Origin: an uncultured Nitrospiraceae bacterium
Lineage (GTDB): Bacteria; Nitrospirota; Thermodesulfovibrionia; Thermodesulfovibrionales; Dissulfurispiraceae
DNA length: 64,000 nt
NCBI GenBank assembly: GCA_963727805.1
Contig: CAVSHF010000005.1
Location: 384,001-448,000 of the forward strand
Direction: 5' to 3'
The notes under the pieces were generated by a model. That model was not told the origin of the DNA. It did not search any database and saw only the letters and a program-made list of their open reading frames with translations. A program made the position numbers and the translations under genes. This document shows positions 62,890 through 64,000 of the stretch, piece by piece (the first letter of the stretch is position 1; every line of letters begins with the position of its first letter).

Positions 62890-64000
62890 ATGAAAGGACC
62901 TGCCATCTCAAATAAGATTCCAAACAAACAAGCCGGCGGGCATGGACTGCCGGAAGGCTTTGGATTTCTCACTGTAACTATTTGCCTTGTTTTGTTCGCT
63001 CTGTCAGGCTGCACCATGATTCCCCAATATGCACGACCGGGGACTCCCGTGCCAGCTGACTGGCCGAGCGGCCCTGCTTATATGCAAGACAAAGACCTGC
63101 CAACCGGCACATCTGCTGCCGGCATTAAATGGCAGGAGTTTTTTGTCGGGGGTCAGCTTCAGAAACTGATAGCACTTGCACTGGACAACAACCGGGACCT
63201 GCGGGTAGCAGCACTCAATATAGAAAAATCCCAGGCGCTTTATCAAATCCAGCGCGCCGATCTCTTCCCTACGGTGACAGCGGATGGCAGTGGACTTATC
63301 CAGCGAATACCTGCCAGCCTCTCTACAACAGGCCAGGCTGAAACATCCCATCAGTACAGTGTTGGTCTCGGATTTGCCGCCTACGAGATAGATCTATTTG
63401 GCAGGGTGCGAAGCCTTAAAGAGGAGGCTCTGGAGCAGTTCTTCGCTACCGCAGAGGCGCGCCGCAGTGCACAGATCAGCCTTGTGGCTCAGGTGGCAAG
63501 CGCCTATCTGACCCTTGCTGCCGATGAGGAGCATCTGAAAATAGCCCAACAGACCTTCGAAAGCCAACAGGCATCGTACAACCTCATCAAGAGCCGCTTC
63601 AAGGCTGGCGCTTCGTCAGAGCTGGACCTGCGCCAGGCAGAGACGAGTGTTGATTCGGCAAGGGTGGACATTGCCGCCTTCACAAGCCAGGTAGCCCAGG
63701 ACGAAAATGCGCTGGCCTTAGTGATAGGGTCGCCGGTCCCGCCTGATCTTTTGCCGTCAAAGCTTGATGCGGATACTGCGCTTAAAGATCTCAGCCCGGG
63801 CCTGCCCTCAGAGGTGCTGCAGCGCCGTCCCGATATAATGCAGGCTGAACATATTCTCAAGGCCGCCAACGCCGACATCGGTGCGGCGCGTGCGGCGTTC
63901 TTTCCGCGCATAACTCTCACAAGCAGCATTGGCCTCTCAAGCGCTGATTTGAGCGGACTCTTCAAGGGAGGATCCGGGGTATGGAGCTTTGCGCCGCAGA
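62890..64000 (+). CDS. Outer membrane efflux lipoprotein (OprM/NodT-like), runs off the right edge
   Basis: Manual translation: [41 protein letters not shown]...AFFPRITLT. Confidence 0.9.
   Translation, partial: MKGPAISNKIPNKQAGGHGLPEGFGFLTVTICLVLFALSGCTMIPQYARPGTPVPADWPSGPAYMQDKDLPTGTSAAGIKWQEFFVGGQLQKLIALALDNNRDLRVAALNIEKSQALYQIQRADLFPTVTADGSGLIQRIPASLSTTGQAETSHQYSVGLGFAAYEIDLFGRVRSLKEEALEQFFATAEARRSAQISLVAQVASAYLTLAADEEHLKIAQQTFESQQASYNLIKSRFKAGASSELDLRQAETSVDSARVDIAAFTSQVAQDENALALVIGSPVPPDLLPSKLDADTALKDLSPGLPSEVLQRRPDIMQAEHILKAANADIGAARAAFFPRITLTSSIGLSSADLSGLFKGGSGVWSFAPQ

Noticed and set aside
59184..63965. Numerous minus-strand ORFs over the efflux operon
   Set aside because: Antisense shadows of GC-rich acrA, acrB and outer membrane factor coding sequence.

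Overview
Bacterial chromosomal accessory region, dense in mobile DNA. The gene content looks like an anaerobic diderm (Nitrospirota/Deltaproteobacteria-like); this is inference only. (1) 1-9.6 kb, minus strand: metal/corrinoid uptake. It holds a partial TonB-dependent receptor, a SAM methyltransferase with an unusual hairpin-array attenuator leader, a His-rich peptide, a BtuB-like receptor, a BtuFCD-like ABC system and a secreted CbiZ, with two cobalamin riboswitches. (2) Three apparently identical 2558-bp elements, each encoding a tyrosine recombinase plus an IS91-type Y2/HUH transposase, with no target duplication. Their joined ends would fold into an attC-like hairpin. (3) Four IS110 elements, an ORF-less group II intron, and an IS200 whose right-end hairpin is split by an IS1182. 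(4) Signalling genes (PAS-GGDEF, PAS/GAF/HD-GYP, MCP), a YgiQ radical SAM protein and a catalytically divergent PyrF-like protein. (5) A decaying second methyltransferase/CbiMN/porin operon with the same leader. (6) csp and HU, then a NosL/TlpA/ABC cluster with no nosZ in the window. (7) A TetR-AcrAB-outer membrane factor efflux operon running off the right edge. No rRNA, tRNA or CRISPR array was seen. All calls come from reading motifs by eye; no database searches were run.
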